Shown here piece by piece: positions 56,237 through 64,000 of a DNA stretch of 64,000 nucleotides. A program made the position numbers and the translations under genes. Origin of the DNA: Candidatus Entotheonellaceae bacterium (GTDB taxonomy: Bacteria; Tectomicrobia; Entotheonellia; Entotheonellales; Entotheonellaceae); NCBI GenBank assembly GCA_965238075.1, contig OZ250173.1:1120001-1184000 (forward strand), given 5' to 3'. The notes under the pieces are model-generated. The model had not been told where the DNA came from. It saw only the letters and a program-made list of their open reading frames with translations, and did no database searches. The first letter of the stretch is position 1. The number at the start of each line of letters is the position of its first letter.

Positions 56237-57343
56237 TTATAGCAGCACCAGATTGTCCCGGTGAATCACTTCGTCATACGCCTTGGTGCCCAGGATGGGC
56301 TCGATGCGCGAGGTATGCTGGCCGCGAATCGCCTGTAGCTCGGCGGCGCTGTAATTCACCAGCCCCTGGGCGAACCGGTGCGCGTTAGTGTCAATGCAAT
56401 AAACGGCGTCGCCGAAGAAGAAAGTCCCGGAAATGGCGACAATGCCCGACGGCAGCAGGCTACGGCCCTGGGTGGTGAGTGCCCGCTTGGCACCGTTGTC
56501 CACGCAAATCTCGCCGCGCGCCTTCAACGCGTAACCGATCCAGCGCTTACGGCTCGATAGGCGCGGCGTCTCCGGTGGCGTGATGTGGGTGCCGACGGCC
56601 TCCCCGGCCAGCACGCGCAGCACGCTGTCGGGCTCAAACCCGTTAGCGATGTGGGTATGAACGCCGGTGGCCCCGACCATCCTGGCGGCGCGGATCTTGG
56701 TGGCCATGCCGCCCTTGCCAGTGGCGTGCGTGGCGGGGCTGGCCAGAGCCTCAATGCTGTCGATGTCCTCGACACGCGGGATGAGCTTGGCCTCGGGGTG
56801 CAGCGAGGGGTCGGCGGTGTACAAGCCGTCGACGCTCGTCAGGATAATCAGGCGGTCGGCATCTACGAGGTTGCACACCATGGCGGCCAGCACGTCGTTG
56901 TCGCCGAAGCGGATTTCGTCCACCGACACGGTGTCGTTTTCGTTGATCACCGGCACAACGCCATACTGCAGCAACACGAGTAGCGTGTTACGGGCGTTGA
57001 GATAGCGCTTGCGCACGCGCAGGTCGTCGTGCGTCAGGAGCACCTGCGCAACCTTCTTGCCGAAATCGGCGAACAAGTCCTCGTATATGCGGATCAAATG
57101 GCCCTGGCCGATCGCCGCGGCTGCCTGCTGGTGGGTGATCGCTTTGGGAATACTCGCCTGACCCAGCACCTGGATGCCGAGCGCAATGGCCCCCGAGGAC
57201 ACCAGGATGACCTCGCGGCCTGCGTCGCGCAGGCTGACGATCTGCCTGACGATGTGCCGAGCCACGTCGTCCCGTAGCCCGCCGCCGGGGTCGCGCAGCA
57301 GGCCGCTGCCCACCTTCACCACCAGGCGCTCGCCGTTTGCCAT
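56237..57343 (-). CDS. proB: Glutamate 5-kinase with PUA domain
   Basis: VVKVGS, VSSGAI, INENDTV, FGDND and GGMATK motifs. Confidence 0.96.
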   Translation of the reverse strand: MANGERLVVKVGSGLLRDPGGGLRDDVARHIVRQIVSLRDAGREVILVSSGAIALGIQVLGQASIPKAITHQQAAAAIGQGHLIRIYEDLFADFGKKVAQVLLTHDDLRVRKRYLNARNTLLVLLQYGVVPVINENDTVSVDEIRFGDNDVLAAMVCNLVDADRLIILTSVDGLYTADPSLHPEAKLIPRVEDIDSIEALASPATHATGKGGMATKIRAARMVGATGVHTHIANGFEPDSVLRVLAGEAVGTHITPPETPRLSSRKRWIGYALKARGEICVDNGAKRALTTQGRSLLPSGIVAISGTFFFGDAVYCIDTNAHRFAQGLVNYSAAELQAIRGQHTSRIEPILGTKAYDEVIHRDNLVLL

Positions 57344-57369
57344 GGGGTGTTTTTCTCCTCAGCCTTGTT

Positions 57370-58371
57370 TCACGCCGCCTTCAGTTGGAGCGCCAGCCGC
57401 TGCACCAGCGTGTCCAGGCCGGCGCCGGTGACCGCCGAAATCGGCACCACCTCCAGACCCTGGGCGGCGAACAGACATTGCATCTCCGGCAGGCGCTGCT
57501 GCGCCTCCGGCAGGTCCATCTTTGATGCCACCACGATCTGCGGGCGCTGTGCCAAGTCCGGTCTGAAGCAGGCCAGTTCGTGATTGATCGCCGTGAAATC
57601 CTCCCACGGCGTTCTGCCGTCCTCCTGAGCGCCCAGGTCCAGCAGGTGCACCAGCACGCGGGTGCGGTCGATGTGTCTGAGAAATTCGAGGCCCAGCCCC
57701 TTGCCCTTGTGGGCGTCGGGCACCAGGCCGGGGATGTCCGCCATCACGCACGACGCATAGTCGGGCAGGGCCACCACGCCGAGATTAGGCGTCAGGGTGG
57801 TAAACGGGTAGGGGGCGATTTTGGGGGTGGCGGCCGACAGGCGGGAGATCAGGGTGGATTTGCCGGCGTTGGGAAAGCCGAGCAGCCCGACGTCGGCCAG
57901 CAATTTCAGCTCGAGAAGCAGCCAGCGCTCCTCGCCCAAGGCGCCGTCGGTGACTTGCCGCGGCGCCCGGTTCTTTGAGCTGGCAAAAGTGGCGTTGCCG
58001 CGTCCGCCTCTGCCGCCGCGCGCCGCGATGAAGCGCTCGCCCTGCGACTGGAAGTCCCACAGCACTGCCTCACTTTCCGCATCGCGGCAGATCGTGCCGA
58101 GGGGGACCCGTATGACGCAGTCGTCGCCACGCCGGCCGTGCATGTCCTTGCCCTTGCCGTGCCGGCCCCGTTCCGCAATGTTGTAGGTTCGGTATCGCAA
58201 ATCCAGGAGGGTGTGCAGCGCCGCGTCGCCCTGCATGATGACGTGACCGCCGTTGCCGCCGCTGCCGCCGTCCGGCCCGCCGCGCGGCACGAACTTCTCG
58301 CGGCGGAAGCTCATGCAGCCGTTCCCACCCTTGCCGCCGCGCGCGAATATTTTGGCTTCGTCAACGAACAT
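57370..58371 (-). CDS. obgE: GTPase ObgE
   Basis: SFRREKFVPRGGPDGG, GFPNAGKST, YPFTT and DIPG motifs. Confidence 0.97.
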   Translation of the reverse strand: MFVDEAKIFARGGKGGNGCMSFRREKFVPRGGPDGGSGGNGGHVIMQGDAALHTLLDLRYRTYNIAERGRHGKGKDMHGRRGDDCVIRVPLGTICRDAESEAVLWDFQSQGERFIAARGGRGGRGNATFASSKNRAPRQVTDGALGEERWLLLELKLLADVGLLGFPNAGKSTLISRLSAATPKIAPYPFTTLTPNLGVVALPDYASCVMADIPGLVPDAHKGKGLGLEFLRHIDRTRVLVHLLDLGAQEDGRTPWEDFTAINHELACFRPDLAQRPQIVVASKMDLPEAQQRLPEMQCLFAAQGLEVVPISAVTGAGLDTLVQRLALQLKAA

Positions 58372-58475
58372 GAACCGTCGGCATCCTCATCTTGCAAGAG
58401 GCTTGCAGAAGGGCACCTGCCGGGCCGGGAGGCGCCAGCCGGAGCGACTGGCTGCTGAGGGGGTTGAAGGGGAAG

Positions 58476-58733
58476 CTAAGATGCCGCCTGCACGTGGATG
58501 CGGCGGTTTTTCTTGCCTTGGTTGGTGAACTCGACGACGCCGTTGATCTTGGCGAAAAGGGTGTAATCGCTACCCTCGCCGACGTTGACACCGGGCTTGA
58601 AGGTGCTGCCGCGCTGTCTCACCAGGATGCTGCCGGCCGTCACCGTCTGGCCGGCGAAACGCTTGACGCCCAGCCGTTTGCCGATGCTGTCGCGCCCGTT
58701 CGTCGTACTGCCCTGCCCTTTCTTGTGTGCCAT
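58476..58733 (-). CDS. rpmA: 50S ribosomal protein L27
   Basis: [16 protein letters not shown]. Confidence 0.98.
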   Translation of the reverse strand: MAHKKGQGSTTNGRDSIGKRLGVKRFAGQTVTAGSILVRQRGSTFKPGVNVGEGSDYTLFAKINGVVEFTNQGKKNRRIHVQAAS

Positions 58734-58756
58734 GATTGCGGCTCCTCTGTCAGCGC

Positions 58757-59197
58757 CTACTCCGCCGGGGTTTCGGATGGTGTTTCCTCGGCGGTTGCGG
58801 CAGCTTCTGCCACCACAGGGGGTTCGCTCTGCGACGGCTCCGGAGCAGCGACCGCCTCAGCCTGCGCCTCGTCTTGCGCCGCCGTGGGATGAATGCCGGT
58901 AATCTTCAGGGCGGTCAGGCTCTGCCGGTGGCCCTGTTTGCGACGGTAACCTTTGCGGCGCTTATGCTTGAAGATGATGATTTTCTTGCCTCGCTTCTGG
59001 GCAACGATCTGCGCCTCGACCCACGCGTCGTCCAGCCTCGGGGTGCCGATCGACACGGCCTGCTCCTCGCCGCCAATCATCATGACGTGGTCCAAAGCAA
59101 TCGTCTGACCAACCTCGCCGGCGAGCTTTTCCACCTCGATCCTGTCGCCCGGGCTAACCCGATATTGCTTGCCACCTGTTGCGACGACTGCGTACAT
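58757..59197 (-). CDS. rplU: 50S ribosomal protein L21 with acidic C-terminal extension
   Basis: [12 protein letters not shown] and KQGHRQ motifs. Confidence 0.97.
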   Translation of the reverse strand: MYAVVATGGKQYRVSPGDRIEVEKLAGEVGQTIALDHVMMIGGEEQAVSIGTPRLDDAWVEAQIVAQKRGKKIIIFKHKRRKGYRRKQGHRQSLTALKITGIHPTAAQDEAQAEAVAAPEPSQSEPPVVAEAAATAEETPSETPAE

Positions 59198-59396
59198 AAC
59201 GTCCATCCTCATGCTCAAAATGCTCAAAATGCCCTGCCAAACTCGTTTTGGTCTACTTTTCCCATGACAACATGAGGCCCGAACGGGTCTGTTACGTCAC
59301 CAACGCGCCGTCCCCAGGCTGTCAAAGGCCCCGAATGATATCGGAGGGTCATGCCCATGTCAATTCAGCCACATGAAGTCTACAGGCGGCGCCAGT

Positions 59397-59846
59397 CTAT
59401 TCAACAATGAAGTAAATACTGCACAGTACCCGGTCGGCGTCCCCTATTTCCACGACGTCGACCTTCCACATCCCTTGGTGCATGGACGCCCAGGGCGAGA
59501 TGGACTTGGCGCTCCACGTCCGATAGCCGTCAGCCGGGTCAACCGACAGCACCACATTGGCTGCCACTGTGAATCCTTCTTCCGTCTCCGTGTAATAGCG
59601 GTGATGGATTTCGCGGGCTTGAGAGGCGGCGATCTTAGTCCACACGTAAACAGCGTGGTATGCCTGGGAATCGACGACGGGGACACCGTAAGCCGGCGGC
59701 GTGCTCGTCCGACACTGCGCTGCCGGTGTAAACGCCCCGACAGGTTCCCGCTCGCTGACACTGGCCGCCAACGCCACATCGACCACTTCCGCCGCACCCG
59801 CGACGTTGATCCACAACAAAGCCCCCAGCAGTATGAGAATTGTCAT
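59397..59846 (-). CDS. Secreted DUF2914-like protein
   Basis: Signal peptide, REPV, YRTWSAK and GMWKVDV motifs; AAGGAG RBS. Confidence 0.7.
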   Translation of the reverse strand: MTILILLGALLWINVAGAAEVVDVALAASVSEREPVGAFTPAAQCRTSTPPAYGVPVVDSQAYHAVYVWTKIAASQAREIHHRYYTETEEGFTVAANVVLSVDPADGYRTWSAKSISPWASMHQGMWKVDVVEIGDADRVLCSIYFIVE

Positions 59847-60152
59847 CTCGTGTTCTCCTTTGGAGACATCCCGGTTAAATACCTTGTTCGTCACGTCAAG
59901 ATTCCGCATAGCCAGGCGACTCGTGTGATAGTATGAACCACCTGATGCAAAAATTGCGCAAGAATAGCACGAGCAGCCGGAGTTGACCGCCCAAACACAA
60001 CCTGACGATGCCGAGCGCTCGCCGGAAGCTATGTTAAGACACGCGGCTGACAGTGTTTCCCCCGTTGTTCCGGGAAGCGGCAAACGATAAGGTTCCGACG
60101 CCGGTCCGCCCCTCGGCAGACCGGTCGGCCCCTCGACAGAAAGGTAGTCAGG

Positions 60153-60785
60153 ATGCGGCATTTTGGATGGCTGATCGCCGCGTTGCTCGCATGCCATCCG
60201 GCCGCCGACGCGTTGCACGCCGCCATCCTGGCGGTAGACGGACCGCCGAGCTCGCGGGGCGAAGCCGCGGCAATCATTGCGGCACCCGCATCGGTGCACG
60301 ACGATGCGTTTTTTGCCGATGCCATGCGGGGCTTCGACGAGCGGCAGGGCGTGGTGCTGCGGAAGCGTCTACTGGTGGACGGCGGCGCCATCACGGTGGG
60401 CACGGCGGTGGACAGCCATCTGATATTTCTGAGCCCGTATCCAGATCACCCCACGCGCCACGTGGCGGTGTCGTGGCGTTTCAGCGGGCCGGTGCTGGGC
60501 GTCATGTCCGACACCCACTGCGAGCTGCAAATGCAGTCAGACGCGCTACTGGGCAATCCCGGCACGCGCTATCCGGGCCGCTCGGCCTTCCGAGGCATGG
60601 AGCGCCGTCTGGGGGATTATTACCGCATCGTTGCCGAGACCATCACGGTCACCATGACCGTACCCCAGCTTGGCGACTGGATTCGCGTTATCACGGCGGC
60701 CGGCTACCCCGCCGCATACTCGGGAAAGGATGACTATGGACTTTACGGTACGGAAGCTGACACCCAACGTCGGCGCGGAAATTAG
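60153..60785 (+). CDS. Secreted hypothetical protein
   Basis: Signal peptide; FDERQGVVL, VDSHLIFL and GDWIRVIT motifs. Confidence 0.6.
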   Translation: MRHFGWLIAALLACHPAADALHAAILAVDGPPSSRGEAAAIIAAPASVHDDAFFADAMRGFDERQGVVLRKRLLVDGGAITVGTAVDSHLIFLSPYPDHPTRHVAVSWRFSGPVLGVMSDTHCELQMQSDALLGNPGTRYPGRSAFRGMERRLGDYYRIVAETITVTMTVPQLGDWIRVITAAGYPAAYSGKDDYGLYGTEADTQRRRGN

Positions 60786-61596
60786 CGGCCTCGATCTTCG
60801 GCAGACGCTTGAACCGGCCACCATGGCCGAGGTGCGCAAGGTATGGCTCGACAACGTGGTGGTGGTGTTTCCCGAGCAGCCGATCGACGACGATCAGCAG
60901 ATTGCCTTCAGTCGCCAAGTGGGGGAACTGGAGCTCATCAACATGTCCGCCCTGCAAATGCCCGGCAAGCCGGAGATTTACACGGCCACCAACCTGGACG
61001 AGAATGACGAGTTCATGCCTGCTGATCACCCCGTCATGCAGGTGAACCACGACAACCGCAATTGGCACTCCGACAGCTCGTTCAAGCCCGTTCCCGCCAT
61101 GGCCTCGCTGTTGCACGCCCGCATTGTGCCGCCGGTAGGCGGCGACACGGCGTACGCCAACATGGCCGCCGCCTACGAGGCGCTGTCGGACGACATGAAG
61201 GCGAAGCTCGAAGGTCTGGTGGCGCTGCACAACTTCTACTGGTCACGGCGCAACGTGAAGGTGACGGCGTTCACGCGGAAGGAAACCAACGCGCTGCCGC
61301 CGGTGCGGCATCCGGTGGTGCGGCGGCACCCGGAAACCGGGCGCCGAGCCCTGTACGTGGGCTCGCATACCGAATCCATCGAGGGGATGGAGTGGGACGA
61401 GGGGCGGGCTTTGATCGACAGCCTCATCGAACACGCGACGCAGCCCGAATTTGTGTATCAGCACGCCTGGCGGGTCGGCGACCTGGTGTGGTGGGACAAC
61501 CGCGCCGCCTTGCATTGCGGCATGGCGTTCGACATCGCCCGGCACAAACGGCGGCTGCATCGCACAACAGTCGCCGGTACCGGGCCGACTCTGTAG
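60736..61596 (+). CDS. TauD/TfdA family Fe(II)/2-oxoglutarate dioxygenase
   Basis: WHSD, GGDT, HPVVRRHPETGR, WDNRAALH and LHRTT motifs. Confidence 0.93.
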   Translation: MDFTVRKLTPNVGAEISGLDLRQTLEPATMAEVRKVWLDNVVVVFPEQPIDDDQQIAFSRQVGELELINMSALQMPGKPEIYTATNLDENDEFMPADHPVMQVNHDNRNWHSDSSFKPVPAMASLLHARIVPPVGGDTAYANMAAAYEALSDDMKAKLEGLVALHNFYWSRRNVKVTAFTRKETNALPPVRHPVVRRHPETGRRALYVGSHTESIEGMEWDEGRALIDSLIEHATQPEFVYQHAWRVGDLVWWDNRAALHCGMAFDIARHKRRLHRTTVAGTGPTL

Positions 61597-62319
61597 CTAC
61601 GCCGGTGTGTGTTGCCCGAGGAAGCCCTCGACGGCCTGCATGGCCGCGGCGTGGTGCTCGGGCTCCTTCCACTTCTCCACGTAGATGGAGTTGGGCGCCA
61701 GCGCGTGCACGTCTTTGGACGAAATCTGGGGGTGATGCAGATCGCTCCCCGGCATCACCAGGAGCGGCGTCTGGCAGGCGCTCACGAAATCCCGCGAGGC
61801 GTTGAAGAGGAAATCCCCGCTGTACATGGACGTCTTGAACGATTCCCAGGCCGCCTCGCTCACCTCCGGACGACTCGGCTTCAGGTCGTTCGCCCAGCTA
61901 TCGAACATGTCGAAGAAGGCTTGGCGGTTGTTGTCCAGACCAATGGTCTGAAACAGCACGGCCGACGCCACCCGCTGCGGTGCTTCCCGGATCAATCCCA
62001 TGATGTAGGGCCCGCCGATGCACATGCCGATGACGTGAAAACGCTCGGCGCCCAGGTGGTCGAGCAGGGCGAGTTGGTCCTGCGTATACACGTGCCAGCT
62101 ATCGTCGGCACTGACCGGGGCCACCGAGTTGCCGGCGTTGCGCTGGTCCATGGCAATGACCCGGTAATTCGGCGACAGATGCGTGATCGGGTTCCACGGC
62201 GTCGTTTCCCAATACGACACCGCCGACCGCATACCGCCGGGGGCAATCAGCAGCACCGGGAAGCCGGCGCCATGGATTTCGTAATAAAGCTTGATAGCGT
62301 CACGTTCAAATATCGGCAT
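61597..62319 (-). CDS. Alpha/beta hydrolase with Cys nucleophile elbow
   Basis: DQRNAG, GMCIGG and GSDLHHP motifs. Confidence 0.85.
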   Translation of the reverse strand: MPIFERDAIKLYYEIHGAGFPVLLIAPGGMRSAVSYWETTPWNPITHLSPNYRVIAMDQRNAGNSVAPVSADDSWHVYTQDQLALLDHLGAERFHVIGMCIGGPYIMGLIREAPQRVASAVLFQTIGLDNNRQAFFDMFDSWANDLKPSRPEVSEAAWESFKTSMYSGDFLFNASRDFVSACQTPLLVMPGSDLHHPQISSKDVHALAPNSIYVEKWKEPEHHAAAMQAVEGFLGQHTPA

Positions 62320-62365
62320 TTCCATCTCCATAAATGGCGATAACGTAAGCGCGGGCCGTCAGTCA

Positions 62366-62394
62366 GTAGGTCGGATTGGGCAGCGTCATCCCAC
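62366..62394 (+). repeat. Degenerate GTAG-family REP copy
   Basis: gtaggtcggattgggcagcgtcatcccac. Confidence 0.55.
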
Positions 62395-62410
62395 ATTTCC
62401 GCTCGCGCTG

Positions 62411-62842
62411 TCAAGCGCGCTCCAGAACGACGACCGGAATCTCCCGCTCGGTTTTGGTCTGATACTCATTGTAAGGCGGCCAGATTTCAGCCATTTGGTC
62501 CCACAGGGCGGCGCGTTCGTCACCTGAAGCGGTTCGGGCACGAGCCGCGAAGCGCTCGGCGCCTACCTGCACTTGCACGGTCGGCTCGGCGACGAGGTTG
62601 ACGTACCAGCCGGGATGCTGCGGGTTACCGCCCTTCGAGGCCACGACCACATAATGACCGTCGTGGGTGCCGTATATCAGCGGCAGCATCAGCGACCTGC
62701 CGGATCGGCGCCCGGTGGTGGTCAGCAGCAGTGTCGGCACGCCCCGCCACACGTGCCCTTCTTCGCCATCGGTGGCGAGATACGTCTGCATGTGTTCGAC
62801 CATCCAGTCAGCAAGTTGTCGCGGCTGGTTCTCTTCGCTCAT
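62411..62842 (-). CDS. Deazaflavin (F420)-dependent nitroreductase, DDN family
   Basis: LLLTTTGRRSG, VVASKGG..HPGWYVNL and REIPVVVL motifs. Confidence 0.92.
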   Translation of the reverse strand: MSEENQPRQLADWMVEHMQTYLATDGEEGHVWRGVPTLLLTTTGRRSGRSLMLPLIYGTHDGHYVVVASKGGNPQHPGWYVNLVAEPTVQVQVGAERFAARARTASGDERAALWDQMAEIWPPYNEYQTKTEREIPVVVLERA

Positions 62843-63059
62843 AACCCATTTCCCCCTTTCACGTCGGATGAATGGCGGCCGTGCACCGCCGCTGAATGAA
62901 GGGCACAGCATATGCACATCAGGGGGCCATTTCAAGCGCCCCGGGGCTGGTTGACCGGCTCGCGGGACAAACGGTAGCATGCGGCGACATTCGGAGCCGT
63001 GCGACCACGGAAGGGACAGAGCAAGCAGGAGTCAAAACATCGGGAAAGGGGGTCGCAAG

Positions 63060-64000
63060 TTGCATGTCGTCGTTGTTGGAGCGGGAATTCTGGGCGCCTC
63101 GATCGCTTATCACCTCACCCTGCACGGCGCGCAGGTGACCATTGTTGACGCCGGCCAGCCCGGCGGGGGGGCGACGCGCGTGGCGTTCGCGTGGCTGAAC
63201 GCGTACGGCAAGACGCCGTTTTCGTACCACGATCTCAACCGCCGGTCGATCGACATGTGGGCCGGTTTCGCGCGCCGTTTGGGCATCGACGTGACCTGGG
63301 GCGGCGAGTTGCGCTGGGCGGTGACGGATATCGGTGCGGCGGCGTTGGCCACACAGGCGGAGGCGCTGCAAGCGTGGGGCTATCCGACGCGCATTCTGGA
63401 CGCCGACGAGGTGCGGCAATTGGAACCGGATTTGCAATTCGATGCGTTCACCGCGGCCTCGTACACCTACAGCGACGGGCACGTCGATACCGCCGCGGTG
63501 ATGCGGGCGTGCCTCGCGGCGGCGCGCGAGCGAGGCGCCGTGTTGCGGGCAGGGTCGGCGGTGACGGGTGTGGAGATCGGCCGTAGCCGGGCGGGCGCGT
63601 CTCGGGCCGAAGCGGTGCGGATCGGCGACGACGTGGTGCCCTGCGACGTCGTCGCGCTGGTCGGCGGGGCGGACATGCCGGCGCTGGCGGAAATGGCCGG
63701 GATACAGGTGCCGCACTACCACACGTTCGGGGCCACGCTGCTGACGCAGCCCCTGCCGCCGCTGTTCAAGACCATCGCCCTGCTGCACTCGCCACGCGAA
63801 CGGCAGCCCCTGATCAACGTGCGCCAGTTGCCCAACGGGGCGGTCATGATACAAAGCGGCGCGCCGGACAATACCCAGGAGGGCGACCGCGGCGCCACGG
63901 ACGCGGAGGCGGCGCAGATCGCCGTGGATGCAGGGACCGTGCTGCCGATGCTGCGGGACATCGAGATCGCCGAGGTTCGGCGGGGCCGACGCCCGATTCC
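63060..64000 (+). CDS. FAD-dependent oxidoreductase (DAO/glycine oxidase family), runs off window
   Basis: Hand translation from TTG: HVVVVGAGILGASIAYHL...GGGATRVAFAWLN; not in the ORF track. Confidence 0.88.
   Translation, partial: MHVVVVGAGILGASIAYHLTLHGAQVTIVDAGQPGGGATRVAFAWLNAYGKTPFSYHDLNRRSIDMWAGFARRLGIDVTWGGELRWAVTDIGAAALATQAEALQAWGYPTRILDADEVRQLEPDLQFDAFTAASYTYSDGHVDTAAVMRACLAAARERGAVLRAGSAVTGVEIGRSRAGASRAEAVRIGDDVVPCDVVALVGGADMPALAEMAGIQVPHYHTFGATLLTQPLPPLFKTIALLHSPRERQPLINVRQLPNGAVMIQSGAPDNTQEGDRGATDAEAAQIAVDAGTVLPMLRDIEIAEVRRGRRPI

Overview
GC-rich bacterial chromosomal window with no rRNA, tRNA, CRISPR array or transposase visible. The gene content (F420-dependent DDN enzyme, TauD, CaiB, amidohydrolase, Sel1 protease) is compatible with a Tectomicrobia/Deltaproteobacteria-like symbiont, but this is inference only. 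About 1-27 kb is mostly + strand housekeeping: aspS-era-recO, argS-SPOR-alaC-hom-lysC-ppdK, ribD-ribBA-ribH-nusB, an ATPase-HEAT protein, an ECF sigma/anti-sigma pair, trpDCF, leuB, an Asd-like protein lacking the catalytic Cys, mtnP, hemL and ftsB. About 27-48 kb is a mosaic accessory region with several decaying genes: an archaeal-like PGK, a broken MNT-HEPN pair, a linalool dehydratase-like remnant, an oxidoreductase-SelD fusion, an oxygenase-sulfotransferase pair and a frameshifted lipoprotein. About 48-64 kb holds sufSU, an MFS pump, fabI, radC-purF, rplU-rpmA-obgE-proB-rsfS and small catabolic enzymes. The strongest novel signal is a linalool dehydratase/isomerase-like reading frame in which both catalytic Cys positions are TGA. 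The second TGA is followed by an fdhF-like SECIS hairpin, and selD lies about 3 kb away. Also notable are a short repeat inserted into the coding sequence of recO and ribH, and two other families of small palindromic elements.
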